Shown: positions 12,590 to 25,930 of the stretch, piece by piece
Layout of the letters: every line of letters starts with the position of its first letter
Position numbering within the stretch: the first letter of the stretch is position 1
Source: Eledone cirrhosa
Lineage: Eukaryota
NCBI GenBank assembly: GCA_964016885.1
Contig: OZ024752.1
Coordinates: 50,351,844 to 50,415,843, forward strand
Reading direction: 5' to 3'
DNA length: 64,000 bases
Made by a program: the position numbers and the translations under genes
Notes under the pieces: generated by a model
The model's input: the letters and a program-made list of their open reading frames with translations, nothing else
Database searches by the model: none
What the model was told of the DNA's origin: nothing

Positions 12590-13286
12590 GAAGAAAGATG
12601 AAAGGGGGAGAGAGGCAGAGAAGGTGGGGGGGGCAGAGAAGGGGGGGGGGGGGGGGGAAGAAGAGACAAAATAGGTAAACAATAGCTTAAAGGCTTCTCT
12701 CTTTAAGTGTAGGATAGAGAAGAGAGGAGAGCAAGGTAGAGTGGGGAGAGGGTGGAACAAACATAGAGAGGGTGAGAGAGAGAGTAGAGAGAGAGAGACA
12801 AACATAGAGAGAGAGAGGAGGAGAAAGAGAGTGAGGCATACAAATATATAGAGAGAGGGAGAGTAAGAAAGAGAAAGAGAGGGGGAGACATAGAGAGAGA
12901 GAGGAGAAAGAGAGTGAGGCAGACTAATATATATAGAGAGAGAGGGAGAGTAAGAGAGGGGGAGACATAGAGAGAGAGAGAAGGAGAAAGAGAGTGAGGC
13001 AGAAGGAGAAAGAGAGTGAGGCAGACTAATATATATATAGAGAGAGAGGGAGAGTAAGAGAGAGAAAGAGAGGTGGAGAAAAGAAGAGGAGAGCAAGGAA
13101 AAGAGAGGTGGAGGGAGGAGAGAAGAAGAGAAGTGAGAGCAAGGTAAAGGAAGAGATAGAGAGAGGGTGGAGGAGAGAAAACAAACAGAGATAGAGAAAG
13201 ATAGAGATAGAGAAAGATAGAGATAGGGAGAGAGAGAGAGAGAGGGGGAGAGAGAGATAGGTAGAGAGAGAGAGAGAAAGGGAGAT

Positions 13287-13349
<63 letters not shown>

Positions 13350-13445
13350 TAGAGATAGATAGATAGGTAGAGAGAGAGAAAGATAAAGACAGATAGATAG
13401 GTAGAGAGAGAGAGAGATAGGAAATATATATATATAGAGAAAGAT

Positions 13446-13514
<69 letters not shown>

Positions 13515-13525
13515 TAAAGAGGGAA
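12590..13525. repeat. About 0.9-kb polypurine (GA)-rich tract
   Basis: Almost purine-only + strand, with an internal higher-order repeat (gagagtgaggcagactaatata). Confidence 0.95.
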
Positions 13526-14110
13526 GTAAACAGTTTGGTGTTGTGTGAGAGGAAAAATGAAAACCTATTTAATATCTTGGTAAGAAGAGTAAACAAGAAA
13601 AAGCTTCTTCTTTAGTGTGAACAACATTCAACAGCCCAGAAATTTTTTAAACTAAACTAAACTAAACTAAACTAAACTAAAAAAAAAAGGATTTTTTTTT
13701 TAAATCATAGAAGAATTCAAGCAGAAAGGGAGATTAAAACTGGCACAAATATCTTCACAATTCTCTGACCAGTTGTATTATTTTCAATGTTAGAAGAAGA
13801 AAAAGAAAAATAGTAGAAAACCAAAAAGAAAAAAAATAGTAAGAAACCAAAAAAAAAAATAGTAAGAAACCAAACAAAAAAAAGCAGTAAGAAACCAACA
13901 AAAAAAAAACAACAAAACTAGCTGCTGAAGCACAGCTATGATCAATAAAGTGACATGTGATTGTCTGCTGGCATCAAAATTTCTCATCTTGTTGGTGATA
14001 AAAATGGTATTTTATGGTGACATTGCAACTATTCATTTTGCAATAATGTTGTTTACTAGTGTGTTAGAATAAATAATAATAACAACAATAACAATACTAA
14101 CAACAACAAC

Positions 14111-14168
<58 letters not shown>

Positions 14169-14599
14169 TTCCATGTTGAAATCAATTGTGAAATAGCAAA
14201 TATTTTTTTGTCTCTCGTTTTCTTATTTGGTTTTGCTTGGTTTTGGGTTGGTTTTTTTTTTTTTTTCATAATAATAAAAGGCGTGTAAAAATACACACCA
14301 TGAATCAAACTGCTTCATATGATTTTTTGTTTGTTTTTTTTTTGTTTTTTTGCGGGGGGGGGGGGGGGCAATTGAGGAAATGAAGGGTGGTGGTGGTGGT
14401 GGTGGTGGTGATGGTGATGGTGGTGGTAGTGGTGGTGATGGTGGAGGTTGGAGGGGAGATTCTTTCTGCATAGCTGCTTGACCTGATCAGTGTAGCAGCC
14501 AAATCTTTCCCTAGGATAAATCATACTCTTAACGTCTTTAAAAGTTGAAGAACATATCGCTATAAGTCTTAGCATGCCTCACACAAATGTAGGGCTGAA

Positions 14600-15025
14600 T
14601 AATCATCATTACCATCATCATCATCATCATCATCACCACCATCATCATCATCATCGCCACCATCATCACTGCTACCACCATCACCATCATCACCATCACC
14701 ACCATCACCATCACCACCACCATCAGCACTGCCGCCGCCACCATCATCATCACCACCATCATCACCATCATCACTGCCACCACCACCATCATCATCATCA
14801 TCACTGCCACCACCACCATCATCACCATCATCACCATCATCGCCACCATCATTACTGCCACCACCACCATCATCATCATCACCATCATCACCATCATCAC
14901 CACCATCATCATCACTGCCACCACCACAATCATCATCATCATCACCACCACCACCATCACCATCATCACCACCACCATCATCATCACCACCACCACCATC
15001 ACCGCCACCACCCATCACCACCATC
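14600..15025. repeat. (CAT)/(CAC) trinucleotide tract
   Basis: Direct reading. It adjoins a minus-strand SINE-C-type tail at 15030-15070. Confidence 0.95.
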
Positions 15026-15566
15026 CTATTACCCCTGCTTTCCATGCTGGCATGGGTTAGATGGGTTTGGCACAGTTTGGGACTAGATAGTTTGGAGAGG
15101 CCTCGTCTCGCACTCACCTTCCATATTTGGTTTCGTTCCCTAACCTAAACACCAATCAAACACCTTACAGAAAAAAGAGGGGCAAAAGAAGACATGAGGT
15201 GCAACACTCAATTGCACGCTACCGCAAGGACTGCTCGGTTGGTCTCTATGGATTTCTGGGGGGGGAGGGGGGGGGGGGGCAAACCAAGGCATGCATGACA
15301 TTGTTGCTGGTGATAGTCCTGCTAAGATGCTACAACAGCCATCTACACTCGTGGTATTGCCGCACATGATACTTCAGCAAGGCAAGCCTTCAATAAATGA
15401 CGCACAACACCTCGTTCTGAGTGACCTGGCTGCATCTCAAATGTAACAGGTAAATCCAGGTGAGTTAGCATAGTCATAGTTTTAGAATAAGGTTGACAGA
15501 TGCTTCACCTCAATCACAGCATCTGCAGAATAATATGAACTGCAATGAAACTATTTGTACAGCTCA

Positions 15567-16960
15567 CACCTAAGTAGGTTTAGCTGGTCTCCTATGAAGT
15601 TGTATTCGATATGAGGTTTCTCAGGTGTTTCAATGATATGGGCCACCTAAGTAGGTTTAGCTGGTCTCCTATGAAGTTGTATTCAATATGAGGTTTCTCA
15701 GGTGTTTCAATGATATGGGCCACCTAAGTAGGTTTAGCTGGTCTCCTATGAAGTTGTATTCAATATGAGGTTTCTCAGGTGTTTCAATGATATGGGCCAC
15801 CTAAGTAGGTTTAGCTGGTCTCCTATGAAGTTGTATTCGATATGAGGTTTCTCAGGTGTTTCAATGATATGGGCCACCTAAGTAGGTTTAGCTGGTCTCC
15901 TATGAAGTTGTATTCGATATGAGGTTTCTCAGGTGTTTCAATGATATGGGCCACCTAAGTAGGTTTAGTTGGTCTCCTATGAAGTTGTATTCGATATGAG
16001 GTTTCTCAGGTGTTTCAATGATATGGGCCACCTAAGTAGGTTTAGCTGGTCTCCTATGAAGTTGTATTCGATATGAGGTTTCTCAGGTGTTTCAATGATA
16101 TGGGCCACCTAAGTAGGTTTAGTTGGCCTCCTATGAAGTTGTATTCGATATGAGGTTTCTCAGGTGTTTCAATGATATGGGCCACCTAAGTAGGTTTAGC
16201 TGGTCTCCTATGAAGTTGTATTCGATATGAGGTTTCTCAGGTGTTTCAATGATATGGGCCACCTAAGTAGGTTTAGCTGGTCTCCTATGATGTTGTGTCT
16301 CGTGAGTTTTGCCAGATGTTTCAAGGATATGGGCCACAATCATACCTTGTTGTGGTTATTACAGCTCACACCTAAGTAGGTTTAGCTGGTCTCCTATGAT
16401 GTTGTGTCTCGTGAGTTTTGCCAGATGTTTCAAGGATATGGGCCACAATCATACCTTGTTGTGGTTATTACAGCTCACACCTAAGTAGGTTTAGCTGGTC
16501 TCCTATGATGTTGTGTCTCGTGAGTTTTGCCAGATGTTTCAAGGATATGGGCCACAATCATACCTTGTTGTGGTTATTACAGCTCACACCTAAGTAGGTT
16601 TAGCTGGTCTCCTATGATGTTGTGTCTCGTGAGTTTTGCCAGATGTTTCAAGGATATGGGCCACAATCATACCTTGTTGTGGTTATTACAGCTCACACCT
16701 AAGTAGGTTTAGCTGGTCTCCTATGATGTTGTGTCTCGTGAGTTTTGCCAGATGTTTCAAGGATATGGGCCACAATCATACCTTGTTGTGGTTATTACAG
16801 CTCACACCTAAGTAGGTTTAGCTGGTCTCCTATGAAGTTGTATCTCATATGAGGTTTCTCAGGTGTTTTAATGATATAGATCTCAGTCACATCATGCTGT
16901 GGTTGTTACAGCTCGCACCTGTGTAGGTTTAGCTGGCCTCCTATGAGGCTGTATCTCATC
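15567..16960. repeat. Composite minisatellite: 9 x 77 bp, then 5 x 109 bp, then diverged units
   Basis: cacctaagtaggtttagctggtctcctatg recurs every 77 bp from 15567 to 16260, then every 109 bp to 16805. Confidence 0.95.
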
Positions 16961-17368
16961 AATCATATCATATCATGTGAAGCAACATGAAATAAAGAAT
17001 TTAACCAAAGAGCACCCATTATTCTACAGATTCAGGAATTGAAACTATGACCCTATCATCCCCTCCCCAACAGCCCCACTATACAAGGTCATGTGCTTTC
17101 ATGGGAAGAATACCGTATACAATTGATATATTTTTCATTAAGAAATAACAGGAAATGTATTTCAAATATATCAGATACAGTTAAATTTTAATTTTAATTA
17201 TTTCCATAAGCTTGTTTACAACATTTTCTTCACAAACTAAAAAGGAAATTATCTGTAATAAAAATTTTATTTAAAAAAAAAAAAAATTGCTTTTTACTTT
17301 TGTTATATAAATATTACTACCATATATGGCAAAAAAAATAGATAGAAGGAATGTAAGTGAAAGAATGA

Positions 17369-18200
17369 GTGTGTGTGTGTGTGTGCATGCATGTGTGTGT
17401 TTATTTGCATGCATATGTGTGTGTGTTTATGTGCATATGTGTGTGTGTGCATGCATATGTGCGTTATTTGCATGCATGTGTATGCATATATGTGTGTTTA
17501 TGTGCATGTGTGTTATGTGCATGCATGTGTATGCATATGCATGCATATGCATGTGTGTTATGTACATGCATATGTGTGTTTATGTGCATGCATGTGTGTT
17601 TATTTGCATGCATATGTATGCATATGCATGTGTGTTTATGTGCATGCGTATGTGTTTATGTGCATGCATGTGTGTGTTTATTTGCATGCATATGTATATG
17701 CATGTGTGTTTATGTGCATGCGTATGTGTGTTTATGTGCATGCATGCGTGTGTTTATTTGTATGGTATATGTATGCATATGCATGTGTGTTTATGTGCAT
17801 GCGTATGTGTGTTTATGTGCATGCACGTGTGTTTATTTGCATGCATATGTATGCATATGCATGTGTGTTTATGTGTATGCGTATGTGTGTTTATGTGCAT
17901 GCACGTGTGTGTTTATTTGCATGCATATGTATGCATATGCATGTGTATTTATGTGCATGCGTATGTGTGTTTATGTGCATGCACGTGTGTGTTTATTTGC
18001 ATGCATATGTATGCATATGCATGTGTGTTTATGTGCATGCATATGTGTGTTTATGTGCATGCATGAATGTGTTTATTTGCATGCATATGTATGCATATGC
18101 ATGTGTGTTTATGTGCATGTGTATGTGTGTTTATGTGCATGCATGTGTGTGTTTATTTCCATGTATGTGTATGCATATGTGTGTGCATGTGTGCATGTGC
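17369..18200. repeat. Alternating purine-pyrimidine (TGCA/TGTG/TATG) satellite
   Basis: Direct reading. Confidence 0.95.
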
Positions 18201-18332
18201 AATTTACACTGATTAAAATAATTAGTTTCCTATCTTAACTTCTCTATTGGAATATAACAGTATTAGATATATATTATCAAAGGTATCGTCATTTTCTGCT
18301 TTAACTATGAATTAAACTATTTATAATGATTT

Positions 18333-18570
18333 TCAAGCACAAGGCCAGCAATTTTGGAGGAAGGGGAAGTCAATTGCATTGACCCAGTATATCACTGGTA
18401 CTTCAAATCTGGTGCCCCAGCATGACCACAATCTAATGATTGAAACCAATAAAAAAAGATCAATAAAATATGTTCTGGTGTCAATATGATCTGCTAAATC
18501 CTTCAAATCTGGTGCCCCAGCATGACCACAATCAAATGAGTGAAACCAGTAAAAGAAAAGACTAAAAGAA
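18333..18570. mobile_element. SINE fragments: SINE-A-type tail (-) plus duplicated 3' end of another SINE (+)
   Basis: cttcaaatctggtgccccagcatgaccacaatc occurs twice and is related to 63255-63352. Confidence 0.6.
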
Positions 18571-19024
18571 TGTATACATAGGCAGAGTAGGTCAACTTTA
18601 GCATATTGACAAAGACAACCATCATACAGAGAGGAAATGACACCAAATCTCATTACATATTCTTAAGCAATAAACAACATTGAATATTTTCATTGTGATG
18701 CAACATCATGTTAAAAGGAAAGATATTCCATTAAATATTGCAAGATATATTCGTTAGTTATAATGTTAATTAATATCACAAAGTATATTTCTTTAGTTTT
18801 AATGTTAATTAAGTTAAGTGACATTTGAAGAAAAATCGCCCAACTGGAAACCAAATATTGTTCTTCGTATTTTTTTTTTATTTTTCTAATATTTTTGTTA
18901 GTTTGTTTTAAATTTATTTATTTATCTATTGCTATAGGAAGCACATATTTTTCATTTGCAGTATTTCACTTTCATATACAAAAGTTAACATCAACATATT
19001 TCATGAAGAAGAACTACTTTTTAA

Positions 19025-19240
19025 AGACTTTTGGAACCAAACTGCCCGGAACCAGCTTTTATTTTACAATAACAAGCTGTATATTTTAAAATATTTATCT
19101 AAAACCTTTCCAACATAATTTTATGTAAGAACCTTTGTTATATTCCAAACACCAGATAAATAACAAGATTTTTTTTCATTTTCAAAACAATTTGAAAATA
19201 ATAGGTAAAGTCTCATTAGAAATATGGCAATGAAAGGGCT
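19025..19240. mobile_element. Diverged MITE-B copy
   Basis: Similar to 8093-8536; ends gaaatatggcaatgaaaggg. Confidence 0.55.
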
Positions 19241-20266
19241 ACAGTGACTATAGGATTCAAATGACCTGTATGACACTTGAATTTCGACTTTTGTTCAGCA
19301 GACATGAAGCTAAACTTTCTTTGGTCATTCCTTTTGTTAGTTTGCACCAAATTTGGTTGGTAAAAAAAATCAGAAAGATTTCACTTAGGTGACTTGGGCG
19401 AACCATTCAAAAAGCTTCTAGACCAGTCATGGACCACAGGTTGCCCATGACTGGTCTGGAACATGGATCTAAAATGATAGAACCTAAACCAAAATAATAG
19501 TAATATACTGAAACTATTTTTTAAGATTTGAATATTCAAATAGACAAAACTGGAGTGAAATTTATTTCTGTTTCAGAAGTCATCTTACTAAATAAGTTAC
19601 CTCCATTTGACTAATTATCGACTAATTTGAATTATATTTTTTTTTAATGAAAGAACAAAGAAAGTTATTAGAACTATTTTATTTTTAAATATTTTTTATG
19701 AAAATTTATAAAAACAAGTAAACTATCCCAACCATAAGAATTCATTTTGTTGTGTTGTTGCTGTTGTTTTTTTATTCATTTTTTAATTACAGACAAGAAA
19801 ATATTGAATTAAATGTTTTCCAATGTTAAATATAACTGTAAATTTTAGATCTTTATTTTTAAAGATCACCTTGATTATTTATCAATAATTAGACAATCAT
19901 TTAGTGAAATGGCTAACATTTTCTTTTTTATTTTAGATATATCGACCTTTTTTTTTTTTTGTCCTGTTTTGACTTTTTATGCTAAGACATTCAGTTTCTT
20001 TCCCCAAATCCATTCATCAAAATTTTTTCCATTATTTACTTGATTTTCGTTCTTCAAAATAAACTCAGAAATGAACATTTTCATAACTATTCTTATGATC
20101 AATAACACCAACCATTTGAAAGACTATTTTCCCCACTTTAGCAGGGTTTAGCCTTGCTGGTCCCCTGATAGGCTTCATATTTATGGTGGGATACTTTTAA
20201 GGCAATGTTTTATGGCCAGATGCCCTGCTTGACACCAACTCTTTTAATCACCTCTTAAAACATGCA

Positions 20267-20747
20267 GGGATATGGTATACCTATTCTAAACTAGATACAC
20301 ACAGGGATATGATGTACCTATTCTAAGCTAGATACAAACAGGGATATGGTGTACCTATTCTAAGCTAGATAAATATAGGAATATGGTGTGCCTATTGTAA
20401 ACAAGATAAATATAGGGATATGGTGTGCCTATTGTAAACAAGATAAATATAGGGATATGGTGTGCCTATTGTAAACAAGATAAATATAGGGATATGGTGT
20501 GCCTAGTGTAACCAAGATAAATACAGGGATATGGTGTGCCTAGTGTAACCAAGATAAATACAGGGATATGGTGTGCCTATTGTAAACAAGAAAAATACAG
20601 GGATATGGTGTGCCTATTGTAAACAAGAAAAATATAGGGATATGGTGTGCCTATTCTAAGTTAGATACATACAGGGATATAGTGTACCTATTCTAAACAA
20701 GATACACACAGGGATATGGCGTACCTATTCTACACTAGATACATACA
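20267..20747. repeat. 37-bp minisatellite, about 13 copies
   Basis: Unit gggatatggtgtgcctattgtaaacaagataaatata (20415, 20452 and so on), contiguous with the old SINE-like element at 20122-20290. Confidence 0.92.
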
Positions 20748-21639
20748 GAAATATTATAATCAGTATTAAATAGATCATCTTTTTAGATATGAAAAAAATT
20801 CTAGAGTTTTTAACTTCTGAAAATATTGCAATTTTAGAAAATGATGCTTCAAATTAAGATATTTTTTTCTCTTACTCTCTGTTTTGAGTTCAACTCAAAC
20901 AAACACACAAACACACAAAAACAATCTAAAAGTGATATTTGAAGCAAGAACGAAGGTGGTACAAGAATGAGTTCACTGGCAAACAATAGATATATCTAAA
21001 GCAATACCTCAGATAAGACAAATCTGAATAACAGAAAGAATGGGAAAGATGAAGAAATCTTTATAGTTGAGGAAATCTGAGAAATTGATAACAGTATGTG
21101 GTGATAGAGTGGGAAAAAAAGAAATGAGTGTTAAATGGAAAGAGCTAGAATTGTTTAAAAAAAAAAAAAAGAACTGCCTTGTCTTTCAAAGCTTAAGAAC
21201 AAAACTAATGTAATGTATGTTGTAGATATAAGAATGTGTCTGGACCCTTTGATATCAAATATCTTATTCATAGTGATCAGTTTATAGTGTCTTGTCTATA
21301 ATAAAATATTCTTCATCAATCCTTTTATAGTTTTCTTACTAAATCAAGATAATATAATAGAAATCTTTCATTCCTTTTTTTTTTCCTTTTCTTTTCTTTT
21401 CCATTTTGTTATTTGTGATATAGTGTTAGACAAAAAAAAAAATAATAGTGGTAATAATAATAGTGAAAGATCCAAAAAGAGCAAAAAAGTAATATCTAAA
21501 AAAAGGAACCATATATTTGATATTCTTTGATTCTTCCATTATAAATCCCTTCAGATAAACTTATTAGTTACTCCCTCTTACCTCTACAATATATTATCAT
21601 GAAAATAATGAATAACTTCACAGAAATATATATAATATG

Positions 21640-21703
21640 ATATTATATTATATTATATTATATTATATTATATTATATTATATTATATTATATTATATTA
21701 TAT
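21640..21703. repeat. (TATTA)n pentanucleotide
   Basis: Direct reading. Confidence 0.9.
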
Positions 21704-21757
21704 TGTTCATCAATGCCACAAGTAAAGAAATGGTTTATATATAAGTGTGTGTGAGTT

Positions 21758-21795
<38 letters not shown>

Positions 21796-22002
21796 CTTGA
21801 GGAAGTTAAGAAAACTTTTGGGAGATTGGATATAGTGTTATCAATCTGTGACTGTCTTGAAGTATAAAAAGAGAAACAAGATTACTTTGTGAAATTACTA
21901 AATCTTATTTGTTTGAATTGTAAAACAGTTATTAAAATAGTTACATTAATCTACATTGGTATTGCAAGGTATATTGAGACAACAATACAACAATTATTTT
22001 AA

Positions 22003-22990
22003 CCCTTTCGTTACCATATTCTTAATGATAGGCATTCAGTTTGAATTAACAACTAAAGAATTTGCAGTGATTTACGAAAATTATTATTTCATTAAAATAG
22101 CATTTGTAATGTAACAAAAACATTCTTATATCAAATTATGTTGGAAGATTTTATTTTAAATAGGAACGCTTTAAAACAGGTGATTTTGTTTCATAGAACC
22201 AGAGCTGGTTTGGGACTGGTTAGTACCAGAGCTGGTTTGGGACTGGTTAGTACCAGAGCTGGTTTGGGACTGGTTAGTACCAGAGCTGGTTTTGGACTGG
22301 TTAGTACCAGAGCTGGTTTTGGACTGGTTAGTACCAGAGCTGGTTTTGGACTGGTTAGTACCAGAGCTGGTTTTGGACTGGTTAGTACCAGAGCTGGTCT
22401 TGGACTGGTTAGTACCAGAGCTGGTTTTGGACTGGTTAGAACCAGAGCTGGTTTTGGACTGGTTAGTACCAGAGCTGGTTTGGGACTGGTTAGTACCAAA
22501 GCTGGTTTTGGACTGGTTAGTACCAAAGCTGGTTTTGGACTGGTTAGTACCAGAGCTGGTTTGGGACTGGTTAGTACCAGAGCTGGTTTGGGACTGGTTA
22601 GTACCAGAGCTGGTTTGGGACTGGTTAGTACCAGAGCTGGTTTGGGACTGGTTAGTACCAAAGCTGGTTTTGGACTGGTTAGTACCAGAGCTGGTTTGGG
22701 ACTGGTTAGTACCAGAGCTGGTTTGGGACTGGTTAGTACCAGAGCTGGTTTTGGACTGGTTAGTACCAGAGCTGGTTTGGGACTGGTTAGTACCAAAGCT
22801 GGTTTTGGACTGGTTAGTACCAGAGCTGGTTTTGGACTGGTTAGTACCAGAGCTGGTTTTGGACTGGTTAGTACCAGAGCTGGTTTTGGACTGGTTATTA
22901 CCAGAGCTGGTTTTGGACTGGTTAGTACCAGAGCTGGTTTTGGACTGGTTAGTACCAGAGCTGGTTTTGGACTGGTTAGTACCAGAGGAG
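22003..22990. mobile_element. MITE-B with an expanded subterminal array
   Basis: TTAA|CCCTTTCGTTACCATATT ... GTACCAGAGGAG|TTAA; the body resembles reverse-oriented MITE-B. Confidence 0.7.
22198..22987. repeat. 27-bp minisatellite, 29 copies
   Basis: Unit accagagctggttt(t/g)ggactggttagt. It explains the repetitive ORFs at 22138-23111. Confidence 0.97.
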
Positions 22991-23263
22991 TTAAGGTTAT
23001 TTTTCCTGCTAAAGTTGTGGGGTTACCCTCGTGGACTTCATAATTGACTTCATACTCAATATGGGGTACTTTTTCTGGCAATATTTTACAGTCAGATACC
23101 CTTTCAGGCAATCTTTCCAGTTACCTCTTACAACACCGAGATATGATGTACCTATTCTAAACCAAATACACACAGTAAAGTATATTGGATACATACTGCA
23201 AAGTATGTTGAGAATATATATATAATTATTTTTTTTAACATAATATTTTTCTTAACACATTTA

Positions 23264-23416
23264 ATAATTGTTTCTACTTTTGGCACAAGGCCAGCAATTA
23301 CCCCAGTGTATTACTGGTACTTTATTTTATCGACCCCGTAAGGATGAAAGGCAAAGTTAACCTTGGCAGGATTTGAACTCAGATCATAAAGTACCGTAAC
23401 TCTTTGCTGCCAATCC
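23264..23416 (-). mobile_element. SINE-A, internally deleted
   Basis: Matches SINE-A. Confidence 0.85.
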
Positions 23417-23694
23417 GTGACAGCGTTATTAACACATTTAATAATGCTGTCACATCAAGGAGATTAAATTAATTTATTTTTTAATCAACTCAAACCCAAG
23501 TTAACCAAATATGTACATATATAATTAACAAGAAAGCATAAATAGTAATATCTAAATAAAATATAAACAACTGAGTGGGTTGTTCAACTATATCTAAGCC
23601 TTATTTAACCCAAAATAAAGCACAAAACCAACTTCCTAGTAGATCTTGCCTACTATAAGGTTTACCAATTCTTATAGAACAAAAACTAACACCC

Positions 23695-24075
23695 AAACAC
23701 AGCTTGAGTAGTTATGTAGTTCACTTCACAACCATGTGGATTCAGGTTGAGCATCTTAGACAAGTGTCTTCTACTATAGCCTCGGGTTGACTAAAGCTTT
23801 GTGAGGGAAATTTTGTAGAAGAAAACTATGTTGAAACCCATCCTATATGTGTGTTTGTGAATATGTGTATATGTGAGTATCATCATCATCGTTTAGCGTC
23901 TATCTTCCACGGGTTAGAGTATGTATATGATAGGCTTCTGCACAGTTTCTGTCAAGCATATTTCCCTCACGAAGCATCGGTTATTCTAGAAGACATTATT
24001 CCAAAGTTCCACGTAGTGTGACTGAACTCAAAACCACGTGGTTGCAAATCAAAACCACACAATCATGGCTGCATC
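23695..24075. mobile_element. Two old SINE copies tail-to-tail (about 23695-23850 +, 23925-24075 -)
   Basis: aaccatgtgg...gctttgtgagggaaat...gaaactatg on +, with the approximate reverse complement downstream. Confidence 0.5.
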
Positions 24076-24195
24076 TTCCTTTCAATTAAGTTTTTATGAA
24101 ACCCTCCATAGTGATAACGCCATTTATAATGATGATAGAATATATAGTATAGGTTCATCGTAAACAAATCTAAGCTAAGTACCCATCAGCAAATA

Positions 24196-24226
<31 letters not shown>

Positions 24227-24230
24227 ATAT

Positions 24231-25040
24231 ACTGGCCAGTCTGTTCGGTAGGACCTTCCGCCCGGGACCGATGGACAACTTCCAAAAGTCCCTGGCCTGG
24301 CAGTGCTACCGAGGAGCTCTACCAGTTCGAGACAAGCTCTACAGACATGGGCGCCCGGGCAGGGACCCTGCAAAAAAGATCTGTCCGAGGTGCGTGCGAG
24401 ACGAAGAAACCGTCGCGCACGCATTCATACACTGCCCGGGCGTCACTGACCTGTGGGGATATGTAGAACGACTATTGTCGCGGGTGGGACCAATCCAGTT
24501 GACCACCGAGTCCATTGTCATGATCAAACCGCCACCCTCCTTCAAAAACGAAGGAGAGGCGGTTTTCCTTTGTGTGATAGCTATGGCGAAAGAGGTTGTA
24601 TGGTGGACAAGGTTGAAAGGGCTGAGGTCAGACACCTTTCTCTCCGGCCAACAACTGATTCTTTTTTTCAAATACCACTTTGGAAGAAGAATCAGGATGG
24701 AGAGAGAGGTGCTGTACCCCAGCAAGTTTTATGAAAGGTGGGTGAAAGTGGCGAGAATGGCCCGAGTGAATGGGCCTTCTCTCTATATCAGCCTGTAGAT
24801 TGAGGAAAAGGAGGAGGAGAGGAAAGGAGTACAAGCTCTTCGTACTCCTGGAGATGAGGGTTGCACATTTTTTCGGGGGTATGCGTTACCCATATAAACT
24901 GTCTCCCTCTATTGGGGAAAATCGACTAACTTTTAAATTCCATCTGTGATAACATTTTACACGTTTTTACTGTATGTAAACTTCCCCCTTTGTATTTGTC
25001 CCCTTCTTTTGTGCCCCTGTGGCTAATAAAGAAATATATC
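24231..25040 (+). mobile_element. Tx1/L1-clade LINE 3' fragment (ORF2 C-terminus plus 3' UTR)
   Basis: ORF 24271-24798 has AWQCYRGALPVRDKL...CPRC....ETVAHAFIHC (zf-RVT-type CCHC finger typical of L1/Tx1 ORF2). The element ends aataaagaaa(tatc)n and has (ATCT)n on both sides. Confidence 0.88.
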
Positions 25041-25364
25041 TATCTATATATATATATTTATAAAATAATAATCATCATCATCATCATATATATATATATT
25101 AAAAAAGAATTTCACAATGTTAGCCATTCAAAAATCAAATGATGATTGCTGAAGAATTTAATGAAAGCATACTTTGATTGTTGTTCAAAAATAAACAGGA
25201 ACAGAAGATTGAAAGCCAATATCTAAGTTTTGATGGATTTATCACGATGCTAGAACAATAACATAGATTTAGGGCAGAACTAATCACTATATCATTTTGT
25301 CCACACATGACTGTTAATAAAAAGGATCTTTGAAAACTCATGATGAAATAAAGAAAAGAAAAAA

Positions 25365-25369
25365 TTATA

Positions 25370-25432
<63 letters not shown>

Positions 25433-25482
25433 ACATACATATATATATATACATAATATATAATATATACATACATATATCT

Positions 25483-25559
<77 letters not shown>

Positions 25560-25586
25560 CATATGTATATATGTATACATATATAC

Positions 25587-25660
<74 letters not shown>

Positions 25661-25690
25661 ATACATATATATATACATATATATACATAC

Positions 25691-25723
<33 letters not shown>

Positions 25724-25813
25724 CATATATACATATATTATATATATACATATATTATACATATATATATATACATATGTACATATATATATATTATACA
25801 TATATATATATAC

Positions 25814-25855
<42 letters not shown>

Positions 25856-25856
25856 G

Positions 25857-25928
<72 letters not shown>

Positions 25929-25930
25929 CA
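25365..25930. repeat. (TA)n/(CA)n compound microsatellite
   Basis: Direct reading. Confidence 0.95.

Noticed and set aside
14538-15117. His-rich / Gly-Asp-rich ORFs
   Set aside because: (CAT/CAC)n microsatellite continuous with a retroposon tail.
15090-15410. Solo LTR (AATAAA followed by ...CAACA)
   Set aside because: No matching TG start, target-site duplication or second copy identified.
15567-16960. CRISPR-like array (30-bp block with a hairpin at regular spacing)
   Set aside because: The intervening segments are identical copies, not unique spacers; there are no cas genes and the context is eukaryotic.
17326-18238. Cys-rich metallothionein-like ORFs
   Set aside because: Open in all three frames because of (TG/CA) low complexity.
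22138-23111. About 300-aa repetitive ORFs on both strands
   Set aside because: By-product of a stop-free 27-bp unit inside a MITE; no splice or homology support.
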